Shown here: positions 22,831-34,375 of the stretch, piece by piece
Layout: each line of letters begins with the position of its first letter
How positions within the stretch are numbered: position 1 is the stretch's first letter
Program-made: the position numbers and the translations under genes
The notes under the pieces: generated by a model
What the model was told of the DNA's origin: nothing
Databases searched by the model: none
Seen by the model: the letters and a program-made list of their open reading frames with translations, nothing else
NCBI GenBank assembly: GCA_030704615.1
Contig: CM060732.1
Coordinates: 44,640,001-44,704,000, forward strand
From: Takakia lepidozioides
Lineage: Eukaryota > Plantae > Bryophyta
Length of the DNA stretch: 64,000 nucleotides
Reading direction: 5' to 3'

Positions 22831-25800
22831 AATATGGTGATGCGTTGTGGGTAGGACGCATGGTTGCTTTGGAAGGCATGTCAGCTGGTGGTCGAGGTGG
22901 TGCAAACAAGCTATGAAGGCCACCTCTACTGCTCCCAATAAGGCTTCCACAGAATTTGGCTATGGTGCCATATTCTTCTAAGTTGGGGTGCAACATTTGC
23001 AACACCTTCACCTGATGCGCACACATTACCTTTGCGGGCATGACGACAATCGTAACATCCCCAATTGGACTGTGGATTGTGAACCGTATAGGTAGTCCCC
23101 TCATCCCAAATACATTTGACAGTGGCGATGCCCCCTTCTGTCTGCAGAAGATTCACATTGCAATTGGGAATTTGTTTGACAAGCAAAATAAAGCTGCACA
23201 CAAAGCCTTCAAGTCGCTTGTTGCGGATGAAGCCATATGTTTTGGCATATGACATATACTAGTAATGAGTAAGCAAATCACCTGTGAGTTCATGAATGAG
23301 CCAATCGACTCGTATGCTGACCAGTTTGCTCTTTGTGCATTTCAGTTGTGCCTTCATATTGCCATGATAAGCTTCAATGGCGGCGTGTGTGTCTTGTCCT
23401 GCGTGTGGAATGTTGCGAGGACCCGTTGCCCACATCTTAGCTTTAGTAACCCACTCCTGCTCCAAGTAGTCACACGGTGGGGTACTTGAAACGCAAATTC
23501 ACAAGTTCGCACACTGCCCATGCTTCACCTGCGTCACCCTCGTTTTTTGCAGCACTATACATGATTTTTGACATATCTTGCATGACACATGCATGCAAAT
23601 CTGCATCTTTGATCTTAGACACGACATTCTTTTGTCATGCTCTCCTCACATGCCAAAGGCATAGAAAAATTGCAGACTTCCCCCACACGGCCCTGACATA
23701 GAAAGACATGTGACAACATTATAATGTGGAGATTTGTAGAAAACCAAAAAATTCCAGAGAGTTGCGAATCGGGATTCACCTGATTGCTTTTATTTCAGCA
23801 TCTGCATCATCAACAATGAAAGCATGTGGGCACCATCCTACCTGGTTCGCCTGAAGCTTCCCGTCCAGTGCGGACATTCATGGCTCCAAATCGATTGTCT
23901 TTAATCTTGCTGTGATGATGAATGCAACTGGGATTCCATTCAACCACTCGTCGAATACCATCATGGTGTATAGCGGGTACTACATAAACAACAATCAATG
24001 TACAATAATTGAGGCAGATTTGTATGGAGAAAGCAGTGAGTATGAGATTTGTACGATGTGGGGATGCAGTATGGCAAGTACACCTTAAACCTAGCTTCAA
24101 CAATTGCAATGAAGTAAAAAGACAAATCCCACCTTCTTCTCATTGGTTCCGAAGGTGGCGTTGCATGCGACAATTCGGTGATGGCCAAATTTCATTTGAT
24201 CTCGCTGCCACACTGTCTGTATGCCAAGAACGAATGGAAGATCAAGTTTGATGTCACTAGATGTCCAAGCCTTGTGGCTCTTTTCTTCTTGGTAGTAGAA
24301 AACACTAGCCATATTTTCATGCACCCACATGCGGACACTTTGTGCATCATTTGGGTGCTTTTTTTAATGTCTCTTCATCGCATAGCTTTGCAATATTCCG
24401 TATGTCATGGGAGAGGAGAAAAATGTCACGGCTGACGTCCAGCCCTTGCTCCATCAACTCCTTCACTCGCATGGTATGCTTGGCCATTATCTTGTTTATG
24501 CTCAGCCCAAGACACAAATTGTGCAAAATCCATGATTTCATGTCATCGCTAAGATGGGGAGCCATTGCACATCGGTTCAAGTGACATTAAGGTCTGTGGC
24601 ATATCTGACCTCTTCCATTTACATGTTGTTTCTCATAATAAATTATCTCTGCCATAGCAGGGTCTAGGTAGCATTGCTTGACAACAAATCGGCACATGCA
24701 TCCTCTTTTGATGCCTTCTCCTGTTTTGTTGTTTGTAGTTTTTTTTTTGTTTAGGTTTTTTTCTTGTGGATGCATGCTGGCCCCACTGTAGGCTTTCTCC
24801 CCCTTTTCTTTGGTGGACCTGCACACCATTTCTTGGCACGCATAGCCTCTGTTACCTCCACAATGTTCAGGGTATTGTCTTGTGGGCCATAGACGCAGTG
24901 ATACCTACGCCCAAAACATGAGTGGCCTTTTAAAACCGCTCTTATGAAAAGCATAAGTGCATGGCTAGTGGGATTGGACAGAACATGTGTAGTCGCAGCA
25001 TTCATTTCATTTTCATGAATCATGGCATGCTCAAGATGAATTCATACCTTGTAATATTCATGGCACTATTGATGCATGGTGCCTGGAGAGTCCCAACAGG
25101 GGTGTCTTTCTGTCGATGAGTGCGGAACGTGCATGGGGCTTCTTTCTGGGAGGACACACCAGCAATGAAGTCCGCCACCCGATTCCAAGGAATATATGCA
25201 AATTCAGCTGTGTTCTCATCAGGTGTCTGTCCGTGCCATTGGGACCTCCATTGCAAGTCTTGGTGTAAGAAAGTACCTGTCTTTGGTGTCTGTAGCTGAC
25301 TTTGCAGATTAGAAAGAAGGTGGGGCAAAATCTTGCCATGTTCAACCTCTTCAACCATGCTTACAGAAATAAGACGCTTCTAAGTTTGCTAAAGACTTCT
25401 TCCGTTGCCGTATCCTCACACGCGCCTTTTTGCACTCATATTCTGGGCATGTATAATGGAATGCTGTCAATTCATGTGGGCAAGCTAGAAACGCATGGAG
25501 AGAATTGCTCTACTAGGAAATGCATGATGAGGGTAGCAAAACCCTCCATTGGGGTGGCAGTGTATGTGACGACGTGGCATATATCCCAACGTCCATTCTA
25601 TTTCTTCAGATTTGCCATTTCAAAATTTGAAAAGATGTCAGAACGAATTTGAATTGAGGGCATGATGTATGTTTGGGGATACGCTGCATGCAATGGACGC
25701 AAACATGTGGCATGGGGAGGATGAAGGCATGCAGGGGGGATGGGGGACGATGCCACGCATGAGGTGAGGATGGGAGGCGGGATGGGGATGGGTGAGAGGA

Positions 25801-26590
25801 CTTGTGTCATGTCTTGGCAGAGGGAACATGAGGCGCGGGAGGGGTTGCCGCACGGCGTGCGGGCGATGGAGGCGGGGGTGGGCGGGGGGTGGCGGGGGGT
25901 CCACGCTGGCTGAACCGGCTCCCTCGCATTGAACTCTAGGGCCCCATCTTGGCGTTGGCCCAAGTGTCCAGTGTCATCTAAGTCCAAGTGCAATCCCCTA
26001 TGTATCTAGAGACCCTCCTGTTTGGGAGATCTAGGCCTAGGGTAGCCTACGCCATTGGCCCATGGATTAAGAATGAAATCTAAGTCCAAGTGCAATCCCC
26101 TATGTATTCAAGTAGCATCTCCTATGTCAAGGCCCATGTGTGAAGAATTGAAATCTAAGCCCAAGTGCAATTTCTTATGTATCCAAAGTGGGTCTCCTAT
26201 GTCGAGGCCCAAGTGCAATCCTCTATTCAAGTATCCAAGTGCATCTCCCGTGTACAGGCCCAAGTGTCCAATGTCATCTAAGTCCAAGTGCAATCCCATA
26301 TCTGATCATATATATATATATTTTTCAGAGAGCCTACGACCAGATTTGAACCGGAGACCTTTCCCTTGAAATCTCTCCCGTCGAGGCTCCAACCCCAGGA
26401 ATGCCCACTTTGCCATTTTTGCTATTTTTTGTGAATTTCCAGCAACCAAAAGTACTTGGAATTCCGTATCTCCCACATCGGATGTCCAAAAATCCTGAGA
26501 CCAAGCCGGTGCACCCCTCCTCGTTGAGGGCTTTCCAATGGTACCAAGCACCGGCGTTGGGGCCTCGCGGTTCGGGACATCTCAACGCTA
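22831..26590 (-). mobile_element. DNA transposon remnant encoding an intron-containing MULE-type transposase with SWIM zinc finger (coding ~25358-22831), plus its terminal/subterminal region
   Basis: FAYIPWNRVADFI, YHCVYGPQD, KRGCMCRFVVKQ...HVNGRGQICH, WVHENMASVFYYQE...FVLGIQTVWQRDQMKFGHHRIVACNATFGTN, AIEAYHGNMK...RVDWLIHELT, SWIM-like CYDCRHARKGNVC; stops and frameshifts; terminal block repeated at 11642. Confidence 0.82.
25955..26300 (+). repeat. Subterminal tandem motif (AAGTCC/GGCCC)AAGTGCAATCCC, several degenerate copies
   Basis: ccaagtg(c/t) core recurs at ~25960, 25984, 26086, 26162, 26209, 26236, 26260 and 26284. Confidence 0.8.
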
Positions 26591-26599
26591 CAAAACAAA

Positions 26600-26748
26600 A
26601 CAAAACAAAACAAACGTCTCGATTCATATATTGATTCCTTGATTTATTTGGCAGGTTTATGGAAGGCTTCATCATGTAATGTAAGAGTCAAGATTTGAAC
26701 ACAAAGTCATGTGGTGCTGAAGTGCTCTATCCAATTGGGCTAACATTC
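26600..26748 (-). mobile_element. Degenerate tRNA-derived SINE head
   Basis: Reverse strand: tagcccaattggatagagcac (A-box-like) ... gtgttcaaatcttg (B-box-like). Confidence 0.45.
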
Positions 26749-27034
26749 TAATCGTTGCCCATATATTTTGTTAGCAATTTTATACTAGGGTTTTGCGTTG
26801 TAACTTGTAACCACTAGTGACCACTTTGGAGAACAATGTCAAAAGAAGGGGATGTGTTCAAGTTTTACCAAAAGTTGAACATTTACTTCATTTCATTTTA
26901 TTGTTGGCTCCTCCTTATTCTAAAGATGAGACCTCGCATTGGTGTCAAATATCGCTAAGTCCATGTTGTGCCTTTCCCAGGTGTTACCTCCTCTTCTTTG
27001 CTCAAAATTACTTCCATGATGTGCCTTCTCCATA

Positions 27035-27372
27035 TAACACCTCCCTCAGGTAGCATATTTGTTATTGAACAATTTATGAAAATTAAATGGGTGAAATTTC
27101 AAGTTTAGTATGGATGAAAGTATATTCCACTATTCACAAAGAGAAGCCATACGCAATTAGCCGCTTGTTCTAAAGAGGAGACATGAGACCAGGCATCAGT
27201 GTCATAGCTGTCACCTATTCTCCTTTGCCGAGAACTAGTTCCATGACGTGCCTTCTCCAGATAACACTTCCCTTAGGTAATATTTCTGTTATTGAACAAG
27301 TTATGAAAAATAATTGGATGAAAGTAGATTCCACTATTCAAAAAGAGGAGCCATACGCGACTAGCCGCTTGT
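27035..27372 (+). repeat. Two copies of the dispersed ~130 bp unit also found, split, at 2175-3452
   Basis: taacac.tccct.aggta..at.t.tgttattgaacaa.ttatgaa...ggatgaaagta.attccactattca.aaagag.agccatacgc.a.tagccgcttgtt occurs twice. Confidence 0.8.
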
Positions 27373-27405
27373 TTATGTTTTTTGGCAGAGGTCGCAATTT
27401 CATTT

Positions 27406-27800
27406 TTATTTGACTAGCTTCATGTTTGTGTCTTGATTAGTAAACAAGTTTGTATTATAGATTTTGTTTTGGAAACGAGCCAATTTTTGGGCATTTATGC
27501 AATCTCTTAAATGTGTTCTCATGGTAGAGAATGTGTATTGTGAATTTGTTGGAATTAATCCAAATGCTATATATGTGGCATAAGCAATCACAAATACACC
27601 ACACGATGAATTGTTAATTTGTGTAATTGAATTGTAATATTTGATTAATTCTGTTAAATATTGTTTCCTTTCAGGTTAATATTCTATTATTTGTAGACAT
27701 GTTGGAATCACATCCTCTACATGCAAATTTTGTGACTCTACTGCACAAAATCAAATAACAAAAATATGTTTGTAACATGTGATCATTATAACAACCATTG
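27406..27800 (-). pseudogene. Degenerate Ulp1/C48-like cysteine protease fragment, probably transposon-borne
   Basis: QINNSSCGVFVIAYATYIAFG...MRTHLRDCI matches the Q-x-N-x-x-[DS]-C-G catalytic-Cys region of Ulp1-type proteases; AT-rich and broken. Confidence 0.6.
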
Positions 27801-28431
27801 GATTTTAACTATGATAAATTCAAACGAAACGTTGTTGGTAACGTTATTTTCCCATTTGCTTCTCAAATAATATTTGTATCACAATTGCTAAATATTGATC
27901 CTACAACCATCCACTATTATGTATAAGATTTGTTCGTCGTATGTCGTCAAGATCTTCGTGCCAATATGTTTCGTGATGTATTATCAGATATCTGTGCATT
28001 TATGTGTCAAACTCATCGTCTTGAGAATTGACGATGTCACGTGGAAGATGATTTTGAACTTGTTTTTGGTGGTTTCAAATTAATTAAGACATAGTAATGG
28101 GGACCACCAGAATTGGCGATTTTCCATTTTTTGTTTTTCATTTTTTGGCTCCTAACACAATTTCAAGTAAATCTGGACTAGAGTTTGGTCCAGAAATAAG
28201 GAGAAATACCTGAATATGTATTTTTTTAATCATTTAAATGAATTAATATTGATCATTTAAAAAATAAATGCACAGATAATAATAATTGTTTGTCTATTAA
28301 TATATAATATGAGCAATGAAGAAACTGTGTTATGTATAAACCTCAGGAGAAAAAGCAGTTTAAATTTGGCTCATAAAGCAAGTTAAACTGTTCACTCGTG
28401 CATGGTGTAAGAGTTGAATGAGATACCAACA

Positions 28432-28650
28432 GTCAGTAACTCAGTTGGTTAAGTGCACTGAGTACCACCCAGATGATTGTGGGGTCAAATCTTGCTACTG
28501 ACGGGTGTGGTATGTTCCTCGGTGGTGTCCCATTCCCACGCCTCATGGTGGGGTTACTGTGAAAGAGGTTATTTTCTCCTCTCACTATTAAGGGGCCTGA
28601 TTTGTGTCCCAGGCGTTTCCCTGACATTAAAAAAGAAAAAAACAACAAAA
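28432..28650 (+). mobile_element. tRNA-derived SINE
   Basis: A-box-like taactcagttggtt, B-box-like ggggtcaaatct, A-rich tail aaaaaagaaaaaaacaacaaaa; second copy at 3775-3972. Confidence 0.8.
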
Positions 28651-28699
28651 GATAAACTGGATGATATATTGAACCACACCATGTTTTGAGGTTGAACCA

Positions 28700-30954
28700 A
28701 AATATTTTGCTTCTTGGGTGACGGGTGATAACTGGCTTCATGCCCCGCGGCCTGATGGATGATTGGAGCGCATTATGCCCTAGTCATGTTCGTAATCGCG
28801 ACTGAGCTTGTGAAGGCCGTTACTACGTAACATGCAAGGCAAATCAATCAAATATATGAACCAAACATGGCACAATGACACAATACTATGACATGAATAC
28901 AGAGAGAATGGTAAGACATTGATGAGAAACAATGAGGTTTTATTTCAGAACCATGTCATCTCGCCATGCGGGATGGACCAATACAAGTGACGTAAACCAT
29001 CTCAATGAGAGTATCAACTTCTAGAAGGAAGGCTGAACTCCTATAGTAACACAAGACGATGTCAGCCGACGTACTAATGGTGAAAATATTTTGAGAAGTC
29101 ATTTCCCAAAATCACGATATATTGACAATGTCGTCCCTGAAATGTTATCTCGGGTATCGTGGATATGGTGATGACCCCACCAAAATAATATCCTCCAAGA
29201 TTACGCCAATCAACAACGTCTTGTGCGAAGACGGAAGTTCAGCCGTACTTCTCCAAGAATTGGTGGCCTTGCAGACTTTGAGTGAACCGTGAAGATGATG
29301 AATTACTATAGAGTCTTCAAAACATAATCTCCAACTAACTGACCCTGGTCTAAGATGCTGAAAGTACCCAATTGGAGAGTAAGTCTCCGGCTCGAATGCT
29401 TTCGGAGAGTGGCTCGTTGACGAGTACGTTGGTGGATAGAGTGAAGTTTTCAGCGAAATCTTCAATGAAATAACGTCGGGTGACCAGTCGAGGTTCATCA
29501 GTGTCTGACGATTTACTCTGCAGCACTCGTATACTGATCAAAAAACAATCTCCAACTGAATAACCTCCAACTAACTGATTGGAGCTGTCACAACCAATGT
29601 CAACAATCCTATTTACCACAAGGTATTTGATGCTATTGTTGTTCCTGTAGCTGAATCCTATAGTAGTCGTTTTGCTATTCTCATGCCAACAATATCAGAT
29701 CCCAGAGACTGTCATATTCAAACTCTTGTATCAGCCACGGCCAACCATCAGTGACCAATATAAAACCATCAGCTACATGTCAGCTCAGAACCACATCATC
29801 GAATCATTGTATCCCAGCCCCGTCCAATTCCAGAGAAACACCCTAGCCCACAAGTAGTTCGCGAGCGGCTTGAGGTATTTATCCGGACTAGTATTTGGTT
29901 ATCAGCTGATGGTTCCATGTTGGTGGTGGCTGATCGGAATTCAAAATATGGCAGTCTCAGCGGACCTGATGTTGTTGGCATGGGAATAGCAAAAAGACTC
30001 CTATAAAAATCAGTTACATAAACATCGGCAGTATCAAACATCTTGAAGTACAAATGATTTTTGAGATTGTTTGCACAAATTGTTTGCGACGGTGTTCCTC
30101 GTTTGTTTCGCCGTCCACATAAAAACGACGAGAATGACGTTGGAGATTGACGTTCCAACGCTGACATTCTACCTCCTTGTAACATCATTTTGGTGTGCAA
30201 TGATGGACTTCAGAACAGGTCAGCTCTTCGAAACATGCGTCATCGCGCGATGTTAATCGTTGGTGTTCCTCAAAACAGTAATGAATCTCCACAACGAAGG
30301 CTATTGAAACCAAAAAATACACCACGAGGTTGCTGTCATTTGTAGGAGATCGGATTATGCAAGCAAGGAAAATGACTTCAAACAAATTAAAGACTGGGAT
30401 TTTAAGATACTTGAACAATCCGCCAAGGAACAAGTGACACCATCAGCCCGGATGACTTGAGTGCATGTTATGAAACACATCAATGAATCACCCAGGATGA
30501 TGGTGTGAAATAGTCTGGGACGGATTATGCGAATACCTTGAGTTCCCTCGGTATAACTGACCTTAAGTAACTCACTATGTCTGCATAATCCTCACAGCTT
30601 CAAAGGACAACATCTTCGTTGTTGATTGCGTATGCTTAAAAAAAACCTCACTCCGAGCAAAGACAAGTGACACTGCTGAGGTAATATAATACTGAGGCAG
30701 TCGGTGGAGATCCAGTTCGATGAAGTCCGCTTTTTGAACCTCGCGTGATCGCGCGACAACTCTCTGCCTCTAGCACCATGGAAAACCACAACGAACGGAG
30801 TGCAACCTGATTTCAATGAACCACGAGGATGTTGTCAGTCCGTCAGGGAGGGAATTACGAAGCCACCAAAATTACTTCAATCCATTTGAAGAGAGGTTTT
30901 AACAAAGCTTCACAATCCGCCTAGGACCAAATGAGACGACCATCGTGGGTGCTT
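28700..30954 (-). other. Unassigned decayed coding-like or repeat sequence, possibly related to 43500-45600
   Basis: Broken ORFs without recognisable domain; shares CGCGATC(A/G)CGCGAGGTTCA and other short blocks with 43500-45600. Confidence 0.35.
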
Positions 30955-32052
30955 TGTCGTGCGCATACATATCGCTACACAACTACATCGCTGTCCAAAA
31001 CCACACAACACATGTGCACACCACACACTAGTATACCACTAGTCTACCACTAGTCCAGCCACTAGTCCAACCACTAGGCTACAACTAGTCAGTCACTAGG
31101 CTGCCACTACGCTGCCCACTATGGCAGTCACTAGTCCACACAATGATAAAGAAGAAGAATACAAGCACAAGCTCATGCGAGCTCACAAAGCTGAAGCATA
31201 AACTCATGCATATATAACCTCATCACTCAAATACAAGTCAAGCCAAGTGCACCCCACGCCATGGGGAATCCACACTACGGCGCCATAGCTAGGCGCGGTG
31301 AGGCTCAACTCGAGAAAGATGAGCCTCTCGCGCTTGCCGTGAAGATAACCACTCCAGGGCCTAAATCTGCCTTGACCCCTGGATTGACACTTGATCCAAT
31401 CCCAAATGTCAATATGTAAAAGATAGCTATTTCCTAGCTAGTTTCACACTAGTGGTAAAATAACTTGACAGCTGTCGTGCGCATACATATCGCTACACAA
31501 CTACATCGCTGTCCAAAACCACACAACACATGTGCACACCACACACTAGTATACCACTAGTCTACCACTAGTCCAGCCACTAGTCCAACCACTAGGCTAC
31601 AACTAGTCAGTCACTAGGCTGCCACTACGCTGCCCACTATGGCAGTCACTAGTCCACACAATCGCCCCCCTAGCTGGTGCTTAGGTCCCTCTAAGTCCAG
31701 GTAGCCACAAGATGTGATAGTGACCATAGCCTCACTAAGTCCTCCACCACTATCCCTACTACACTCAAACTCGATAGATCAAGAGGTCGGGTGCAAGAGT
31801 TGCCCCATCGTTAGTCGCCGTCTTGCAACCTGTGAACTTGAGCTTGGGATCTCATGTATTGACTCCTATGAGCTTGGCCTCCCATGTCTTGTTAGCTGCC
31901 TCCAGTCATGTCCACTGCCACTATCCCAAGCAGTGTGGACACAACCAATCTCCGTCAGGAACCTTCTCAAGAGGTGGTGTCAAGCATCCCATATGCCAAC
32001 CCCTTGAGCACCGATCACACACCAGCATGGTGGCTGCCCCTTTGGCAGACCC
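30955..32052 (-). mobile_element. 3' end of PHD-finger Gypsy element, copy 1: PHD C-terminus (31921-32052), PPT and A-B-A LTR (30955-31660)
   Basis: Reverse complement of 33153-34243 apart from a few substitutions and one small indel; runs into the N gap. Confidence 0.9.
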
Positions 32053-32552
32053 NNNNNNNNNNNNNNNNNNNNNNNNNNNNNNNNNNNNNNNNNNNNNNNN
32101 NNNNNNNNNNNNNNNNNNNNNNNNNNNNNNNNNNNNNNNNNNNNNNNNNNNNNNNNNNNNNNNNNNNNNNNNNNNNNNNNNNNNNNNNNNNNNNNNNNNN
32201 NNNNNNNNNNNNNNNNNNNNNNNNNNNNNNNNNNNNNNNNNNNNNNNNNNNNNNNNNNNNNNNNNNNNNNNNNNNNNNNNNNNNNNNNNNNNNNNNNNNN
32301 NNNNNNNNNNNNNNNNNNNNNNNNNNNNNNNNNNNNNNNNNNNNNNNNNNNNNNNNNNNNNNNNNNNNNNNNNNNNNNNNNNNNNNNNNNNNNNNNNNNN
32401 NNNNNNNNNNNNNNNNNNNNNNNNNNNNNNNNNNNNNNNNNNNNNNNNNNNNNNNNNNNNNNNNNNNNNNNNNNNNNNNNNNNNNNNNNNNNNNNNNNNN
32501 NNNNNNNNNNNNNNNNNNNNNNNNNNNNNNNNNNNNNNNNNNNNNNNNNNNN
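32053..32552. other. Assembly gap (500 N)
   Basis: Run of N. Confidence 1.
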
Positions 32553-34243
32553 GAGGGGTTTGCGCAAGTATGGCTTGCAGAAGGGACACCTAGGAGATTG
32601 GGATCTTCAGGTTCCTGGTTAGCCATGGGCTACAGGTTCAGCAAACAAGCATCACTTGCCTCCTTCTCACCATATTTCCTTCTCTTTGGCCGAGAGCCGG
32701 ATTTGCCTGCAGCCATTCGTAGGGACACTGCTCAAGTCCTTAACCTTGACGATCCGGACGTGTGAGTACGTGCATATGATCAGCGTGCAGAGTTGTTCAA
32801 GAAAGTCATGCCCATGGCTTTTGAGAACCTTGCCATTGCACAGCACCGTGATACGTTGAGGTATGCCACTATACGTGGTGGAGGATATCGTCCTGGGGTT
32901 CGGAGGTTTAGCCCTGGTGACTATGTTTATTTGCAGCAGACTGCTCCTACGACTCTGGATGTTACTGCAGGGCGTGTTATTCTGAGGGTTCGAGAGGTGT
33001 TGCCCTCAGGGGTCCTGATCTTGGAGGGTCGGGATGGCATGACTTGGAAGGACCATGTGCGTAATTGTGCGCCATGTCACCTTCCCAATGTCGATGGCAG
33101 AGTTGACCCAAACTTGGCAGTGGTACCTGCATGTTTGAGGTGCATGCTCTGTGGGTCTGCCAAAGGGGCAGCCACCATGCTGGTGTGTGATCGATGCTCA
33201 AGGGGTTGGCATATGGGATGCTTGACACCACCTCTTGAGAAGGTTCCTGACGGAGATTGGTTGTGTCCACACTGCTTGGGATAGTGGCAGTGGACATGAC
33301 TGGAGGCAGCTAACAAGACATGGGAGGCCAAGCTCATAGGAGTCAATACATGAGATCCCAAGCTCAAGTTCACAGGTTGCAAGACGGCGACTAACGATGG
33401 GGCAACTCTTGCACCCGGCCTCTTGATCTATCGAGTTTGAGTGTAGTAGGGATAGTGGTGGAGGACTTAGTGAGGCTATGGTCACTATCACATCTTGTGG
33501 CTACCTGGACTTAGAGGGACCTAAGCACCAGCTAGGGGGCGATTGTGTGGACTAGTGACTGCCATAGTGGGCAGCGTAGTGGCAGCCTAGTGACTGACTA
33601 GTTGTAGCCTAGTGGTTGGACTAGTGGCTGGACTAGTGGTAGACTAGTGGTATACTAGTGTGTGGTGTGCACATGTGTTGTGTGGTTTTGGACAGCGATG
33701 TAGTTGTGTAGCGATATGTATGCGCACGACAGCTGTCAAGTTATTTTACCACTAGTGTGAAACTAGCTAGGAAATAGCTAGCTTTTACATATTGACATTT
33801 GGGATTGGCCCAAGTGTCAATCCAGGGGATAAGGCAGATTTAGGCCCTGGAGTGGTTATCTTCACGGCAAGCGCGGGAGGCTCATCTTTCTCGAGTTGAG
33901 CCTCACCGCGCCTAGCTATGGCGCCGTAGTGTGGATTCCCCATGGCGTGGGGTGCACTTGGCTTGACTTGTATTTGAGTGATGAGGTTATATATGCATGA
34001 GTTTATGCTTCAGCTTTGTGAGTGAGCTTGTGCTTGTATTCTTCTTCTTTATCATTGTGTGGACTAGTGACTGCCATCGTGGGCAGCGTAGTGGCAGCCT
34101 AGTGACTGATTAGTTGTAGCCTAGTGGTTGGACTAGTGGCTGGACTAGTGGTAGACTAGTGGTATACTAGTGTGTGGTGTGCACATGTGTTGTGTGGTTT
34201 TGGACAGCGATGTAGTTGTGTAGCGATATGTATGCGCACGACA
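32553..34243 (+). mobile_element. 3' end of PHD-finger Gypsy element, copy 2: integrase C-terminal half, PHD finger (33141-33281), PPT and A-B-A LTR (33544-34243)
   Basis: WLAMGYRFSKQASLASFSPYFLLFGREP...AQHRDTLRY...FSPGDYVYL (integrase C-terminus; in-frame TGA at 32763), then CMLC...[33 protein letters not shown] (C4HC3); PPT agggggcga; LTR TG...CA. Confidence 0.92.
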
Positions 34244-34269
34244 GAGCGAACGAGCGGGAGGGAGGGCAA

Positions 34270-34365
34270 ACATGCATGGGAGGCCCGCAGTTGGAGCAAC
34301 CTTCGCATCTGAAGCAAGCAGCCCTAGAAACGCTAGGATATGTGTGCGAGGAGGTTTCGGCTGGG
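34270..34365 (+). pseudogene. Importin-beta (KPNB1-like) gene fragment
   Basis: QPSHLKQAALETLGYVCEEVS matches the recalled importin beta-1 motif H.KQA.LETLGY.CEEV. Confidence 0.75.
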
Positions 34366-34375
34366 AGCTCGCCGT

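Noticed and set aside
28432-28510. Functional tRNA gene (also 59980-60050 and 26680-26748)
   Set aside because: No complete cloverleaf; followed by SINE body and tail or TSD.
31030-31140. CRISPR-like short repeats (ccactagt units; also 25955-26300 and 43278-43340)
   Set aside because: Eukaryotic DNA, no unique spacers of regular length, no cas genes; these are TE subterminal or LTR micro-repeats.
31823-32765. Long ORFs containing X runs
   Set aside because: Artefacts of translating through the 500-N gap.
30955-34243. DIRS/Ngaro element, suggested by inverted and split direct repeats
   Set aside because: The coding part is a DDE Gypsy-type integrase followed by a PPT and TG...CA repeat; no tyrosine recombinase seen.
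33544-34243. TRIM interpretation of A-B-A
   Set aside because: Block B starts without a TGG PBS and ends in a pyrimidine tract rather than a PPT.
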